DNA of 64,000 bases from Conexibacter sp. (GCA_036379915.1 DASVFS010000233.1:1803-65802); one strand, 5' to 3'; shown: positions 20,229 to 29,897, counted from the first letter of the stretch. The notes: a model not told the origin generated them from the sequence alone. Program-made: numbers and translations.

Positions 20229-21304
20229 GCGTGGCTCCTTCTGCCGCTGCGCATGCTGCGGCCTCGCAGGTACTGGTTCACGGCCACCGCGATCAGCAGC
20301 ATCAGGCCGAGGAACGTGAGGAAGTAGTTGTTGTCGATGCTCGTGAAGAAGAATCCCTGGCTCACCATGCCGAACAGCAGCGCGCCGAACAGCGTGCCGA
20401 TCGGCGAGCCGTAGCCGCCGGTGATGAGGCTGCCACCGATCACCGCGGCGACCGCGGCCTGGAACTCCATCCCGCCGCCACGGGCGGCGTCGGCCTGATT
20501 GACCTCGGTGGCCGAGAGCATCGCGACGACCACCGCCGAGCAGGCCGTGAGGATGTAGAGGAGCGTCTTGACGCGGCGCACGGGGATTCCCATGCGGACC
20601 CCCGCCTCCGCGTTGCCGCCGGCGACGAAGATCCAGTTGCCGAAGCGCGTGCGGGCCAGCGCGAGCGCGGCGACGGCGGTGATCCCGAGCCACCACCAGA
20701 CCGAGGCGGGGAGGCCGAGAACGCTGCCCGAGAAGATCGCCAGCAGCAGCTGACCGTCGCCGGCCTCGTTGATCCCGGCAATCGACGTCTGCGATGTCAG
20801 CGACGTGGTGAGTGAGATCGTGAGGCCTTGAAGGATGTACATGACCGCCAGCGTCACGAGGAACGACGGGATGCGGGTGCGCGTGACGAGCAGCCCGTTG
20901 ACGACGCCAATCGCCGCCGCCGCGAGCAGCGCGACGGCGAGCGCGCTCCAGACCGCCCAGTGCAGGTTCACCACGAGGTAGGAGACGACGATCCCGGTCG
21001 CGCCGACGACCGCGCCGACCGACAGGTCGAACTCACCGGCGATCAGCAGAAGCGTGACGGGCGCGGCGAGAATCCCGATCATCGCGGCGACGTCGAGGTA
21101 GTTGGTGGTGCCGTCCCATGTCAGGAAGCCGCTGTCCCCCGCGTCGAAGGCGAAGAACATGAACGCCAGCAGCGTGCCGACGACCGCCGTCGTCTCCGGC
21201 CGCAGGAAGATGCGCACGAGCAGGTGCCGCTCGTGCGCCCGGCGTCCGGCCGCCTCCCTGGGAGGGGAGGCGACCGGACGGTGATCGGACACGTCAACGG
21301 CCAT
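20225..21304 (-). CDS. Sugar ABC transporter permease
   Basis: GEFDLSVG, IPSFLVTL, GGNAEAG..MGI, AAVIGG. Confidence 0.95.
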   Translation of the reverse strand: MAVDVSDHRPVASPPREAAGRRAHERHLLVRIFLRPETTAVVGTLLAFMFFAFDAGDSGFLTWDGTTNYLDVAAMIGILAAPVTLLLIAGEFDLSVGAVVGATGIVVSYLVVNLHWAVWSALAVALLAAAAIGVVNGLLVTRTRIPSFLVTLAVMYILQGLTISLTTSLTSQTSIAGINEAGDGQLLLAIFSGSVLGLPASVWWWLGITAVAALALARTRFGNWIFVAGGNAEAGVRMGIPVRRVKTLLYILTACSAVVVAMLSATEVNQADAARGGGMEFQAAVAAVIGGSLITGGYGSPIGTLFGALLFGMVSQGFFFTSIDNNYFLTFLGLMLLIAVAVNQYLRGRSMRSGRRSHA

Positions 21305-22407
21305 CAGGAGCCTCGCACGCCGGCCTTGATCGCCGCGTCCATCTTGTCCACGTTGTCCGACGTGACGAACTGGGGACCTACCAGCGTGTCCGGCAGCGGG
21401 GGCACGAGCCCATAGCGGATGTAGAAGGCGAGGAACTGCACCGGCAGGAAGCCCTCGAGGTAGTGCTGGGAGTCGACGGCGAAGTCCATCTGCCGCGCCT
21501 TGAGCGCCGTGACGACCTGCGGGCCGACGTCGATCGTCGCCCAGTGCATCTGATTCGCTCGGTCGCCGAGCGTCCCGCGCGCAGTGAGCATCGGCGCGTT
21601 GAACAGCTCGCCCACGGACAGGACGCCGTCGGCCTCGGGGTGCTTGGCGAGGGAGGCCTGCAGCGCCTTCGACACGGCGACCGGGTTGTTGAGGTTTGCG
21701 AGCGGCACCTCGAGCTTGATGACGGAGCCGGCCGGGAACGCATCGAGGAAGCCCTTGTTGCGCTCGTCCGCGACAGGGATCCCGGGTGGGATCGTCATCA
21801 GCAGCGGATGCTGGACGCCCGCGGCGCGCAGTCGGTCGCCGGCCGCCTTGCCATTCGAGACCTCGTCGTTGACGACGGCCGTGAGGGCGCCGGTCGCACG
21901 TGCCTGGCCGGCGCCGAGGTTGGTGATCACGACCGGGATGCCGGAGTCGACGATCTGCTTGATCTTGGCATTGAGTCCCGGGGGGGTCGGGTCGGTGAGG
22001 ACCAGCCCGTCCGGCCGCGTCGCAAGCGCCTGGTCCATCAGCTTCGCGATGTCGGCGGCGTTGAAGCCGGTGTTGTGCGGGCCGCGGTACTCGCCCTCGG
22101 CGTTGAACGTTCTGAGCCCCGCCTTGAAGCCGTTGAGAACCACCTGGACGGCCGGGTCGCCGCTGGGCGCGCCGTGGCCGACGAACATGATCTTCAGCTT
22201 CTTCTCACCGGCCGCATGCGCCGAACCGCCGCTCGGGCCGGTCGCGTCGTTGCTCGACCCACCGCATCCGACGGTGAGCAGTGCACCGACGACGAGCGCC
22301 GCCAAGGCAGCCATGAGCGCGGCCTTGGCACGCAACGTCCGTACACGACGTCCTTCGTTGCGCCCAGGGGCAATCTGCCGCCGGTCGGGCGCCTGGATCT
22401 CCTCCAT
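21304..22407 (-). CDS. Sugar ABC transporter substrate-binding lipoprotein
   Basis: Lipobox TVGC, periplasmic-binding-protein type 1 pattern, DSQHYLEGF; ATG 22407 with GGAGAG. Confidence 0.9.
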   Translation of the reverse strand: MEEIQAPDRRQIAPGRNEGRRVRTLRAKAALMAALAALVVGALLTVGCGGSSNDATGPSGGSAHAAGEKKLKIMFVGHGAPSGDPAVQVVLNGFKAGLRTFNAEGEYRGPHNTGFNAADIAKLMDQALATRPDGLVLTDPTPPGLNAKIKQIVDSGIPVVITNLGAGQARATGALTAVVNDEVSNGKAAGDRLRAAGVQHPLLMTIPPGIPVADERNKGFLDAFPAGSVIKLEVPLANLNNPVAVSKALQASLAKHPEADGVLSVGELFNAPMLTARGTLGDRANQMHWATIDVGPQVVTALKARQMDFAVDSQHYLEGFLPVQFLAFYIRYGLVPPLPDTLVGPQFVTSDNVDKMDAAIKAGVRGS

Positions 22408-22535
22408 CAACTCTCCTCCGTACATCTGGCTCGGCCCGGCCGGCTCCGCGGCGCGTTCGCGTCTGCGGGGGGGACGCCGGCCCACGGCTCAGTAGCGTGA
22501 GCGGCAGAGTCTAGGACGCGTCTCCCGAAAAGTCA

Positions 22536-22547
22536 ACCGGTCGACCA
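22536..22547 (-). promoter_or_regulatory. Putative FadR-family operator TGGTCGACCGGT (copy 1)
   Basis: Motif recurs at 22639-22650 and 29593-29604, each upstream of a transcription unit of the cluster. Confidence 0.6.
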
Positions 22548-22638
22548 ATTTGCTCGAGGCCCTGCGAAAGAAGGCCTCGCCTCCACAGGAATGCCAGTGT
22601 CCGCGCACACCATCTGCTACTGAGCGCGCCTCCCGCGG

Positions 22639-22650
22639 TGGTCGACCAGT
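22639..22650 (+). promoter_or_regulatory. Putative FadR-family operator TGGTCGACCAGT (copy 2)
   Basis: Perfect palindrome TGGTCGACCA upstream of the regulator. Confidence 0.6.
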
Positions 22651-22695
22651 CGCCCACCAACCCCACACATGCCACCCAAGCGGTATTGTGCGCCC

Positions 22696-23463
22696 ATGCC
22701 ACAGCCCAAGCCGCTGGCCGTCGTGCCGCTCCCTCCCGCCGCGGTCCCTCGCCGGGAGACGCCGAGCGCGGAGATCACGCGACACCTGCTCGACTACCTG
22801 CTGTCAGGCGACCTGCGCCCCGGCCAGCGAATCCCCAGCGAGCGCCAGCTCGCAGAGGCGCTGCAGGTCGGCCGCTCGGCCGTACGCGAGGCGATCAAGT
22901 CGCTGAGCCTGCTCGGCCTGCTCGACGTGCGTCAGGGCGACGGCACGTACCTGAGCCGCACCGATTCGGACCTGCTGCCGCGCGTGATCGAGTGGGGCCT
23001 GCTGCTCGGCGAGCGGCGCGTGTACGACCTCATGGAGGCCCGCACGCACCTGGAGATCACACTCGCGGGGCTCGCCGCCGAGCGGCGCCAGAACGAGGTC
23101 GTCGAGCGGCTGCGCGCGTTGCTCACGCAGATGGCCGCCGCGGAGGACGACATCCCCGCCTATACGGAAGCCGACATCGCCTTCCACCTGGAGATCGCGC
23201 AGGCGAGCGGCAACGAGGTGCTCGCCGGCCTCGTCGCGAGCATCAAGTCGCTCCTGCGCGTCTGGACGACCCGCGTGCTCCAGGCGGCCGGCGAGACCGC
23301 GAGCTCGCTCGCGATGCACACGCCGATCGTCGACGCGATCGAGGCACGGGACGTCGACGGTGCACGCGCTGCGATGGCGGCGCACATGGCGCGCGCCGAC
23401 CGCCGCCTGCGGGAGACGCTCCTCGCCGACGGGTCGGCGGACCCAGCGCCCGTAGCCGGCTGA
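22696..23463 (+). CDS. GntR/FadR family transcriptional regulator
   Basis: IPSERQLAEALQVGRSAVREA, GDGTY, FCD domain DIAFHLEIA..SGN. Confidence 0.95.
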   Translation: MPQPKPLAVVPLPPAAVPRRETPSAEITRHLLDYLLSGDLRPGQRIPSERQLAEALQVGRSAVREAIKSLSLLGLLDVRQGDGTYLSRTDSDLLPRVIEWGLLLGERRVYDLMEARTHLEITLAGLAAERRQNEVVERLRALLTQMAAAEDDIPAYTEADIAFHLEIAQASGNEVLAGLVASIKSLLRVWTTRVLQAAGETASSLAMHTPIVDAIEARDVDGARAAMAAHMARADRRLRETLLADGSADPAPVAG

Positions 23464-23468
23464 GCGCC

Positions 23469-24281
23469 TCACCAGAGCGTCTGGCCGCCCTCGATCACGA
23501 GGTTGTGGCCGGTCATGTAGTCCGACGCCTCGCAGGCGAGATAGACGATCCCGGCCTGCAGGTCGGTCACCTCACCGAGCCGCCCGGCCGGAATCTGCGT
23601 CAGCCACTCCTCGACGAGCGGGGCAAGTGCCTCGCTGCGGTCGATCAGCGCGGTGCGGATGATCCCGGGCGAGATGCAGTTGACGCGCACGCCGCGGTCG
23701 GCCCACTCGGCGGCGAGCGTCTTCGTGAGCGTCACGACGGCCGCCTTCGAGGCGTTGTAGACCGCCTGCTTCTGCGGGTGAGGGACGATCAACGACGCCA
23801 TCGAGGCGGTATTGACGATCTTCCCGTAGCCCGCCGCGAGCATCGTGCGCGCCTGCGCCTGGCAGCCGAGGAAGACCGCGCGCGTGTTGAGGCGGAAGAC
23901 CTCGTCCCACTCCTGCGGACTCGTCTCCTCGGCGGCGGCGTTGCGGTTGACGCCCGCATTGTTGACGGCGATCTCGAGCCCGCCGAAGCGCTCGACGACC
24001 GCGCCGACGTACGCGTCGGCCGCCCCGTCGGCGGCGACGTCGGCGGCCAGTCCGAACGCCTCGACGCCCTTCGCGGCGAGCTCGGCCGCGACCGCGTCCG
24101 CGCGCGCTTGGTCGAGGTCGATCACGGCGACCCGCGCGCCCGCCTCACCGAGCGCATGCGCGAACGCGCGGCCGATGCCCTGGCCGCCGCCTGTCACGAG
24201 CGCGCGGCGGCCGTCGAGCCGCATCCGCTCCAGGATCCAGCGCCCGCCGGCGCCCGCGACCACGTCGTCCTCGCCGGTCAC
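23469..24281 (-). CDS. SDR oxidoreductase (polyol/ketose reductase-like)
   Basis: TGGGQGIG, NNAG, ASMAS, PQKQAVYNASK, SDYMTG; GTG overlaps upstream stop. Confidence 0.92.
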   Translation of the reverse strand: MTGEDDVVAGAGGRWILERMRLDGRRALVTGGGQGIGRAFAHALGEAGARVAVIDLDQARADAVAAELAAKGVEAFGLAADVAADGAADAYVGAVVERFGGLEIAVNNAGVNRNAAAEETSPQEWDEVFRLNTRAVFLGCQAQARTMLAAGYGKIVNTASMASLIVPHPQKQAVYNASKAAVVTLTKTLAAEWADRGVRVNCISPGIIRTALIDRSEALAPLVEEWLTQIPAGRLGEVTDLQAGIVYLACEASDYMTGHNLVIEGGQTLW

Positions 24282-25099
24282 GGGCCCACCTCCTCCAGGA
24301 CGGCCTCGCCGTCCAGCTCGGCCCGCGCGCCGTCGAGGGCGCAGGCGATCTCGCTCAGACGCTTGGAAATCACGGCCGCGGCGACGAACAGCACGACCTG
24401 CGCCCCGCGGCCCCACCAGGCGCGCGCCTCCTGCTCACTTCCGACGAGCGCGAGCATGGCCGCGCCGCCCACGGCCTGCACCTGCTCGGTGACGCTGTCG
24501 ATCGTCGCGGCGACGCGCGGATGCGAGAGCTCGCCGGGATGGCCGAGCGACATCGACAAATCGGTCGGCCCGAGAAAGACGCCGTCGATCCCCGGCTCGG
24601 CCGCGATCGCGGCGGCGTGCGGAACGGCCGCGACGTCCTCCACCTGCGCGATCACGAGCGTCCGCTCCCGCGCGCGTCGCACATGCTCTCTCACGTCGGT
24701 CATGCAATGGCGCCCGGCGCGCGTGCTCGTCGCCAGGCCGCGGGCGCCGCGCGGCGGATAGTGCGCGAGCGCGACCGCCTGCGCCGCCGCCGCCGCGTTC
24801 TCCACCTGCGGCACCACCACGCCGTCGGCGCCCGCGTCGAGCGCGCGCAGGACCTCGCCGCGCGCGAGGCCGCTGACGCGCACGAGTGCGGGGATGCCAG
24901 CGCTCGCCGCGGCGCGCAAGTGGTGTTCGAGCGCCTCCGTGTCGGCCGGCCCGTGCTCCGTGTCGATCACGACCAGGTCGTACCCGCTGTGACCGGCGCA
25001 CTCCACGACCTGCGGACCGGGAATCTTCACGATCAGACCCGCGAGCCGCTCGCCGGCGCGCAGGCGCTCGGCGAGCGGCGCACGATGCTCAGCGGGCAT
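24278..25099 (-). CDS. HpcH/HpaI aldolase family protein
   Basis: IDTEHG, ALDAGADGVVVPQV, YPPRGARG, QVED, FLGPTDLS. Confidence 0.92.
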   Translation of the reverse strand: MPAEHRAPLAERLRAGERLAGLIVKIPGPQVVECAGHSGYDLVVIDTEHGPADTEALEHHLRAAASAGIPALVRVSGLARGEVLRALDAGADGVVVPQVENAAAAAQAVALAHYPPRGARGLATSTRAGRHCMTDVREHVRRARERTLVIAQVEDVAAVPHAAAIAAEPGIDGVFLGPTDLSMSLGHPGELSHPRVAATIDSVTEQVQAVGGAAMLALVGSEQEARAWWGRGAQVVLFVAAAVISKRLSEIACALDGARAELDGEAVLEEVGP

Positions 25100-25961
25100 C
25101 GCCGACCGCCTCTCGCGCACATGCGCCGAACGCGCGCAGCTTCGCCTCGGCTACGTCGCGCACTGCCACCATCGCCGGCGTGAGGTAGTCCGCGAGGCCG
25201 TCGCCGGGCGGCGGCGCTGCGGCGATCGCGCCGAGCGCGCCGCGGAACGAGCGCCGCAGCTCGGTGTTGACGTTGATCTTCGCGACGCCGCCGGCGATCG
25301 CGCGGCGCACGTCGTCGTCAGGCAGCCCGGAGGCGCCGTGCAGCACGAGCGGCACGTCCACGCGCGCGCGGATCGCCGCGAGCCGCTCGAAGTCGAGCAC
25401 GACCGGCGCCGAGGGAATCCCGTGCACGTTGCCGATCGCGACGGCGAGGGCGTCGACGCCCGTCTCGGCCACGAGGCGCTCAGCCTGCGCAGGGTCGGTG
25501 AGCGCACCGCCCGCCGCGGCGGCCTCGTCGGTGCGATCCTCGTCGCCCGCAAACCCGGCCAGCTCCGCCTCGACCCATGCGCCGTGCTCGTGCGCGAGCG
25601 CGGCGACCGCGCGCGTGGAGCGGACGTTCTCCTCGAACGGCAGCGCGGAGCCGTCGAACATCACCGACGTGTAGCCGGCCTCGAGGCAACGCCGGATCTC
25701 GTCCTCGCTCGTCGCGTGGTCGAGGTGGACGCCGACGCGTGCGCTCGAGGCGTCGGCGACGGCGAGCGCAAGCGCCGCGAGCGGCCGCTCGCCGGCGTAC
25801 GCGAAGGCGCTGCTGCCGGCCTGCAGCAGCAACGGGACGCCGGTCCGCTCGGCGGCGCGGCAGACCCCGAGCGCCTGCTCCAAGTTGTAGACGGAGAACG
25901 CGGCGAGCGCCCACCCGTCGCGCTGCGCCTCGCGCAGCATGCCGATCCCGCGGTCGAGCAT
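25089..25961 (-). CDS. Class II fructose/tagatose-bisphosphate aldolase family
   Basis: HLDH, SVMFDGS, EAELA, AIGNVHG, LVLHGASG, KINVNTE. Confidence 0.93.
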   Translation of the reverse strand: MLDRGIGMLREAQRDGWALAAFSVYNLEQALGVCRAAERTGVPLLLQAGSSAFAYAGERPLAALALAVADASSARVGVHLDHATSEDEIRRCLEAGYTSVMFDGSALPFEENVRSTRAVAALAHEHGAWVEAELAGFAGDEDRTDEAAAAGGALTDPAQAERLVAETGVDALAVAIGNVHGIPSAPVVLDFERLAAIRARVDVPLVLHGASGLPDDDVRRAIAGGVAKINVNTELRRSFRGALGAIAAAPPPGDGLADYLTPAMVAVRDVAEAKLRAFGACAREAVGDAR

Positions 25962-27280
25962 CAGGCCGCCTCCTCCAGGCGCGCGATGCAGTCGGCGAGC
26001 GACTCCTCGCCACCGACGTTGCCCGGGAACACGACATAGGGCATGCCGGGCGCGCGCCGGCTGTCCTCCAGCCGCCAGACCGAGACGAGGCCCGGGAACA
26101 GCTGGCCGAGCACAGTCGCGCGGCCGCCGTCGAACGCGCGCGCTGCGACGTCGTGCGCGGTGATCCCGCCCTTGGCGACGACGAAGCGCGGGCGCACCCG
26201 CTCGAGCACGCCGGCGACGGTCGCCACGACCGCGTCGGCGATTCGCGCCTTGAGCGCGACGGTCGCCTGCGGGTCGGCGCCGGTCACGAGCGCGCGGCTG
26301 GTGACGAGCGCGACATCGGCCTCGTCGAGCGCGGCGGCAGCCTCGTCGACCGCGCGCGCGACCTCAGGCTCTGCCGCGTCGAGCTCTACGGAATGCAGGC
26401 GGCGGCGTGCACTCGCGCGTGCGAGCTGCGCAGTCGTCAGGTCAGTGTGCGAGCCGACGACGACGAGCCCGTGGCCGACGCCGGCGGCCGGCTGCACGAT
26501 CGGCGCCGGCGTCGAGCGGCCGGCGAGCGCGGAGGCGAACGAAGGGCCGGTGCGGTAGGCGAAGCGCCGCCCGTCGCGCTCTGCCGCTCGCGCGCCGGCG
26601 GCGAGCGTCGCGAGGTCGGCGGGCGTCTCGGCGTTCAGCACGACGACCGCTCCATCGCGTGCGACCGCGTCGAGCTGCCGCGCAACCGCATCCGTCCCTT
26701 CGCGCGCCTGCGCGAGCGTCACATGCGCGACGCGCGGCGGCGTCGCGCCGCGCGCGCGATGGCGTGCCGCGACCCACTCGCGCAGGTCGGACGTCGCGTA
26801 CGGGAACACAGGGTCGCGCGCGAACTCCGTCTCGCCGACCGGCACGCGCACGCCGTCGCGCTGCAGCAGCTGGAGGTCGTCTACCGTCACGCGCCCGGCC
26901 TCGGGGAACGCCGGACAGAGCAATGTCGCGTCGAACGGCGGCGCACCGCAGTCGGCGAGGCCGGCGGCGAGCGCCTCGATCTCGGCGGGGTAGTGACCGC
27001 GAAGGGTCGAGTCGGAGCGGCTGACGAAGCGCACTGAGATCCCGAGCTCAGCGGCCGCGTCCCACACGCGCGCCGCCACCGCACGCGTGAGCGCGACCGC
27101 TGCTGCCTCGGGCAGAGCGCGCGTGTTCGTCAGCGCAAAGACGACATCGGAAGGCTGCTCGAGCGCCCAGCGCACGTCGGCGGGCTCGAAGCGCAGCAGC
27201 AGCGGCACGTCGCGGACCGTCTGACTGCCGGTCGGGTCGTCGTCGAGGACGACGAGCTTCGCGGGATCCGGCTCAGCCAC
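25961..27280 (-). CDS. Four-carbon acid sugar kinase family (DUF1537)
   Basis: LDDDPTGSQT, SRSDSTLRGH, PAFPEAGRVT, VVGSH, AKGGIT, FPGNVG. Confidence 0.92.
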   Translation of the reverse strand: MAEPDPAKLVVLDDDPTGSQTVRDVPLLLRFEPADVRWALEQPSDVVFALTNTRALPEAAAVALTRAVAARVWDAAAELGISVRFVSRSDSTLRGHYPAEIEALAAGLADCGAPPFDATLLCPAFPEAGRVTVDDLQLLQRDGVRVPVGETEFARDPVFPYATSDLREWVAARHRARGATPPRVAHVTLAQAREGTDAVARQLDAVARDGAVVVLNAETPADLATLAAGARAAERDGRRFAYRTGPSFASALAGRSTPAPIVQPAAGVGHGLVVVGSHTDLTTAQLARASARRRLHSVELDAAEPEVARAVDEAAAALDEADVALVTSRALVTGADPQATVALKARIADAVVATVAGVLERVRPRFVVAKGGITAHDVAARAFDGGRATVLGQLFPGLVSVWRLEDSRRAPGMPYVVFPGNVGGEESLADCIARLEEAA

Positions 27281-28442
27281 CGAGCCGGTTCCAGTCGCGC
27301 CCATGGTCGCCGCACGCCTCGCAGCCGTCGGCAGTCACGATGACCGTGTCCTCCAGCTTCACGAAGCCGACAGCGTCGTCGATCGCGTGCGTCTCGATCG
27401 ACAGCACCATCCCCGCCTGCAGCGGCTGCTCGCGGTGCGTCGCCGGGTACGGCGGCGAGCCCGTGGCGGTGAGGCGCGGCGCCTCGTGGCTCAGCAGGCC
27501 GGTGCCGTGCGCGAGAAACGTCATCGCGGCGCCGTCTGGCAACTCGGCGATCACAGCATCGGCGGCGTCGAAGACCCCGCCGCCGCGGCGCCCGCCGGCG
27601 ACTGCAGCGCGCGCAGCCGCCTGCACCTCGACGATCTGGTCGAGCAGCTCCCGCGCGCGCGGCGCGGGCTCGCCCGCCACGGCCATGCGCGTGAGGTCGG
27701 CGACGTAGCCGCGCATGTGCGCGCCCGAGTCGAGCGAGACGACCGCACCCTCCTCGACCAGGCGCCCGGACGGCGCGCGGTTGATCGAGTCACCAGCGGC
27801 CACGAGGCAGTAGCCGTACGTGAGCCCGCGCTCCGTCTGCTCCACCCGCAGGCGCTCCGCAAGCTCGCCGGTCGTGATGCCGGCAGCGGCACCCGCGAAC
27901 GTCGCGAGCATCGCGTCGACGACCGCCGTCGCGCCCGCGCGCAGCAGCTCCAGCTCATGCGGCTGCTTGACCGCGCGCAAGTCCTCCAGCAGCTGGCCGC
28001 CGTCCATCAGGCGCGCCGCGGGCAGCTCGGCGCGCAACCGGTCGATCGCGTCGCTCGGCACATGTGGAGGCTCGATCGCGATCGTGGCGCGGCCGAACCC
28101 CTCGCGCTGGAGCCGCCGCGCGGCGATCTCCGCCGCCTGGGCACCGGTCCACGCCGACAGCTCGAGCGACGGGACCCACGGCGGCGACACGTCGACGCCC
28201 CACGCCTCATTGCCGGCCCCGACGTAGAAGGCGCGCTCGGGCGCGCCGCGCACGTAGCCGACGACCGGCAGATAGCGGTCCATCCCGATTCCGTCGAGCA
28301 CCGCGTAGAGGAAGAAGCGGTAGCCGCCGAGCAGGTAGCGCACGGCGTGTCCGGAGGTGGCCAGGAGCACGTCGGCGCCGGCCTGCTCCAGCAGCTCGTC
28401 GAGCCGTTCGGCGTCGAATGGGATCTGCCCGGCGGCGATCAC
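27273..28442 (-). CDS. M24 (Xaa-Pro peptidase/creatinase-fold) hydrolase
   Basis: LRAVK..HE, LDSG..GYVADLTR, HGTGL.SHE, SIET, KLEDTV. Confidence 0.88.
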   Translation of the reverse strand: MIAAGQIPFDAERLDELLEQAGADVLLATSGHAVRYLLGGYRFFLYAVLDGIGMDRYLPVVGYVRGAPERAFYVGAGNEAWGVDVSPPWVPSLELSAWTGAQAAEIAARRLQREGFGRATIAIEPPHVPSDAIDRLRAELPAARLMDGGQLLEDLRAVKQPHELELLRAGATAVVDAMLATFAGAAAGITTGELAERLRVEQTERGLTYGYCLVAAGDSINRAPSGRLVEEGAVVSLDSGAHMRGYVADLTRMAVAGEPAPRARELLDQIVEVQAAARAAVAGGRRGGGVFDAADAVIAELPDGAAMTFLAHGTGLLSHEAPRLTATGSPPYPATHREQPLQAGMVLSIETHAIDDAVGFVKLEDTVIVTADGCEACGDHGRDWNRLGG

Positions 28443-29140
28443 CACAGCACCTCGCCGCCGCTCGCGGTCAGCAGCCGTGGCCGCGGCCCATCGGTTCCGG
28501 CGAGGTAGACGGTAGCCGCCGCGGTCTCCTCGACGCGCGCGAAGCGTTGCAGCGGGATGCGTGCGCGGCGCGCGTCGACGAACTGCTGCGTCGGCACGCC
28601 CTGGGCGTTCGCGAAGCGCTCCTGCGCGGCGTACAGCAGCGGCGTCTCGGTGCAACCAGGAGCGAGCACCCGGATCACGACGCCGTCGTCGCGCTCGGCG
28701 AGCGCCCACGCGTGCACGGCGAACTTCGAGGCGCAGTAGGCCGCGTTGTCCGACTCGCCGACGAGTCCCGCCTGCGAGCCGACCACGACGAACGGCGCGC
28801 CCGCCCCGAGGTGCGGGCGGACCGCCCGCAGCAGTCGCGGGAGCGACGCCGCGTTGACCGTCATCACACGGCGGACGAAGGCGTCCTCGAGGTCGATCAG
28901 CGCGGCCGAGCCATCGACCCCGTGCGCCGCGATCACGGCCTCGAGCTCGACACCGAGCTGCGTGAGCTCGTCCGTCAGCGCGGCCTGGTCGCCGATGTCG
29001 CCTACGATCTGCCGCACGCCGTCCACGGGCGTCGCCGGCGCGCGCATGTCGTGCGCGACGACGGCGCGTCCCTGCGCCAGCAGCCGTGCGACGATCGCGC
29101 CGCCGATCGCGCCGCCGGCGCCGGTCACGAGCACGCTCAC
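28439..29140 (-). CDS. SDR oxidoreductase
   Basis: TGAGGAIG, GSQAG, YCASK, PGCTETP, IPLQRFA. Confidence 0.88.
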   Translation of the reverse strand: MSVLVTGAGGAIGGAIVARLLAQGRAVVAHDMRAPATPVDGVRQIVGDIGDQAALTDELTQLGVELEAVIAAHGVDGSAALIDLEDAFVRRVMTVNAASLPRLLRAVRPHLGAGAPFVVVGSQAGLVGESDNAAYCASKFAVHAWALAERDDGVVIRVLAPGCTETPLLYAAQERFANAQGVPTQQFVDARRARIPLQRFARVEETAAATVYLAGTDGPRPRLLTASGGEVLW

Positions 29141-29571
29141 GCGACTGTCCTCAGGTCGATCGCCGCCCCAGTGGCGAATCCCCCGTCAGCGTCCGCGAGC
29201 AGCGCCAGCGTCGGCTCGGCGTCCTCCAGCGCGTCGCACAGCACGGCGTTGACGCACGTAGCCGGCGCGAGCTCGAGGGCAAGCGACTGCGCGATCCCCC
29301 GCACGGCGCCGGCGAGGCCGGCGGCGACCGCACGCTCCTGCGCGTCGCGTCCGCGCGGTGCGTGCAAGACGAGCGCAAGCCGTGAAGGCGGCGTGGGGGC
29401 CTCCAGCGTCTGCTCGCGCACGGCGACGACGAGGTTCGCGACCGCGTCGACGAGCCACGCTTCTCCGGCATCCGACGGCTCCGCGGCGGGGGTCGACGCC
29501 ACGACCACGAGGCTGCCCCGCTGCGTCACCTGAAGCCCCTCGGGCAACTCTCTCCTGGCCGCGGTCGACAT
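29137..29571 (-). CDS. Degenerate SDR C-terminal-like protein
   Basis: VRGIAQSLALELAPATCVNAV and GGFATGAAIDL, without TGxxxGxG or YxxxK; 4-nt overlap with next SDR. Confidence 0.65.
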   Translation of the reverse strand: MSTAARRELPEGLQVTQRGSLVVVASTPAAEPSDAGEAWLVDAVANLVVAVREQTLEAPTPPSRLALVLHAPRGRDAQERAVAAGLAGAVRGIAQSLALELAPATCVNAVLCDALEDAEPTLALLADADGGFATGAAIDLRTVA

Positions 29572-29592
29572 GCATCAGCAGCGTACCATGAG

Positions 29593-29604
29593 TGGTCGAC
29601 CGGT
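29593..29604 (+). promoter_or_regulatory. Putative FadR-family operator TGGTCGACCGGT (copy 3)
   Basis: About 20 nt upstream of the catabolic operon start; identical 12-mer to copy 1. Confidence 0.6.
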
Positions 29605-29698
29605 GTACCAATGTCGGAGATCGGCGAGACACCCAAGCGCTCCACCATCCACCTCGGCCGCGTAGGATTCCGAGCTCCCCCGCCGAGAGGAGGGCAGG

Positions 29699-29875
29699 AT
29701 GAAGCAGTTCCGCTGCGCGGCCGTGGTGCCAGACTGCACGGCGCGCTTCGAGGCAGAGAGCGAGGCCGGACTGCTCGCGCAGGTCGTGCGCCACGCCCGC
29801 GACGACCACGGGATGGAGCACGTTCCGCACGACGTGCTCGACGCCGTCAGGGCGAACATCGAGGACGTCGACTAG
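29699..29875 (+). CDS. DUF1059 small metal-binding protein (58 aa, absent from ORF track)
   Basis: MKQFRCAAVVPDCTARFEAESE...HARDDHGM; GAGGAGG RBS. Confidence 0.85.
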   Translation: MKQFRCAAVVPDCTARFEAESEAGLLAQVVRHARDDHGMEHVPHDVLDAVRANIEDVD

Positions 29876-29897
29876 GCGGCGCGGCGGTCGCCGCCGG

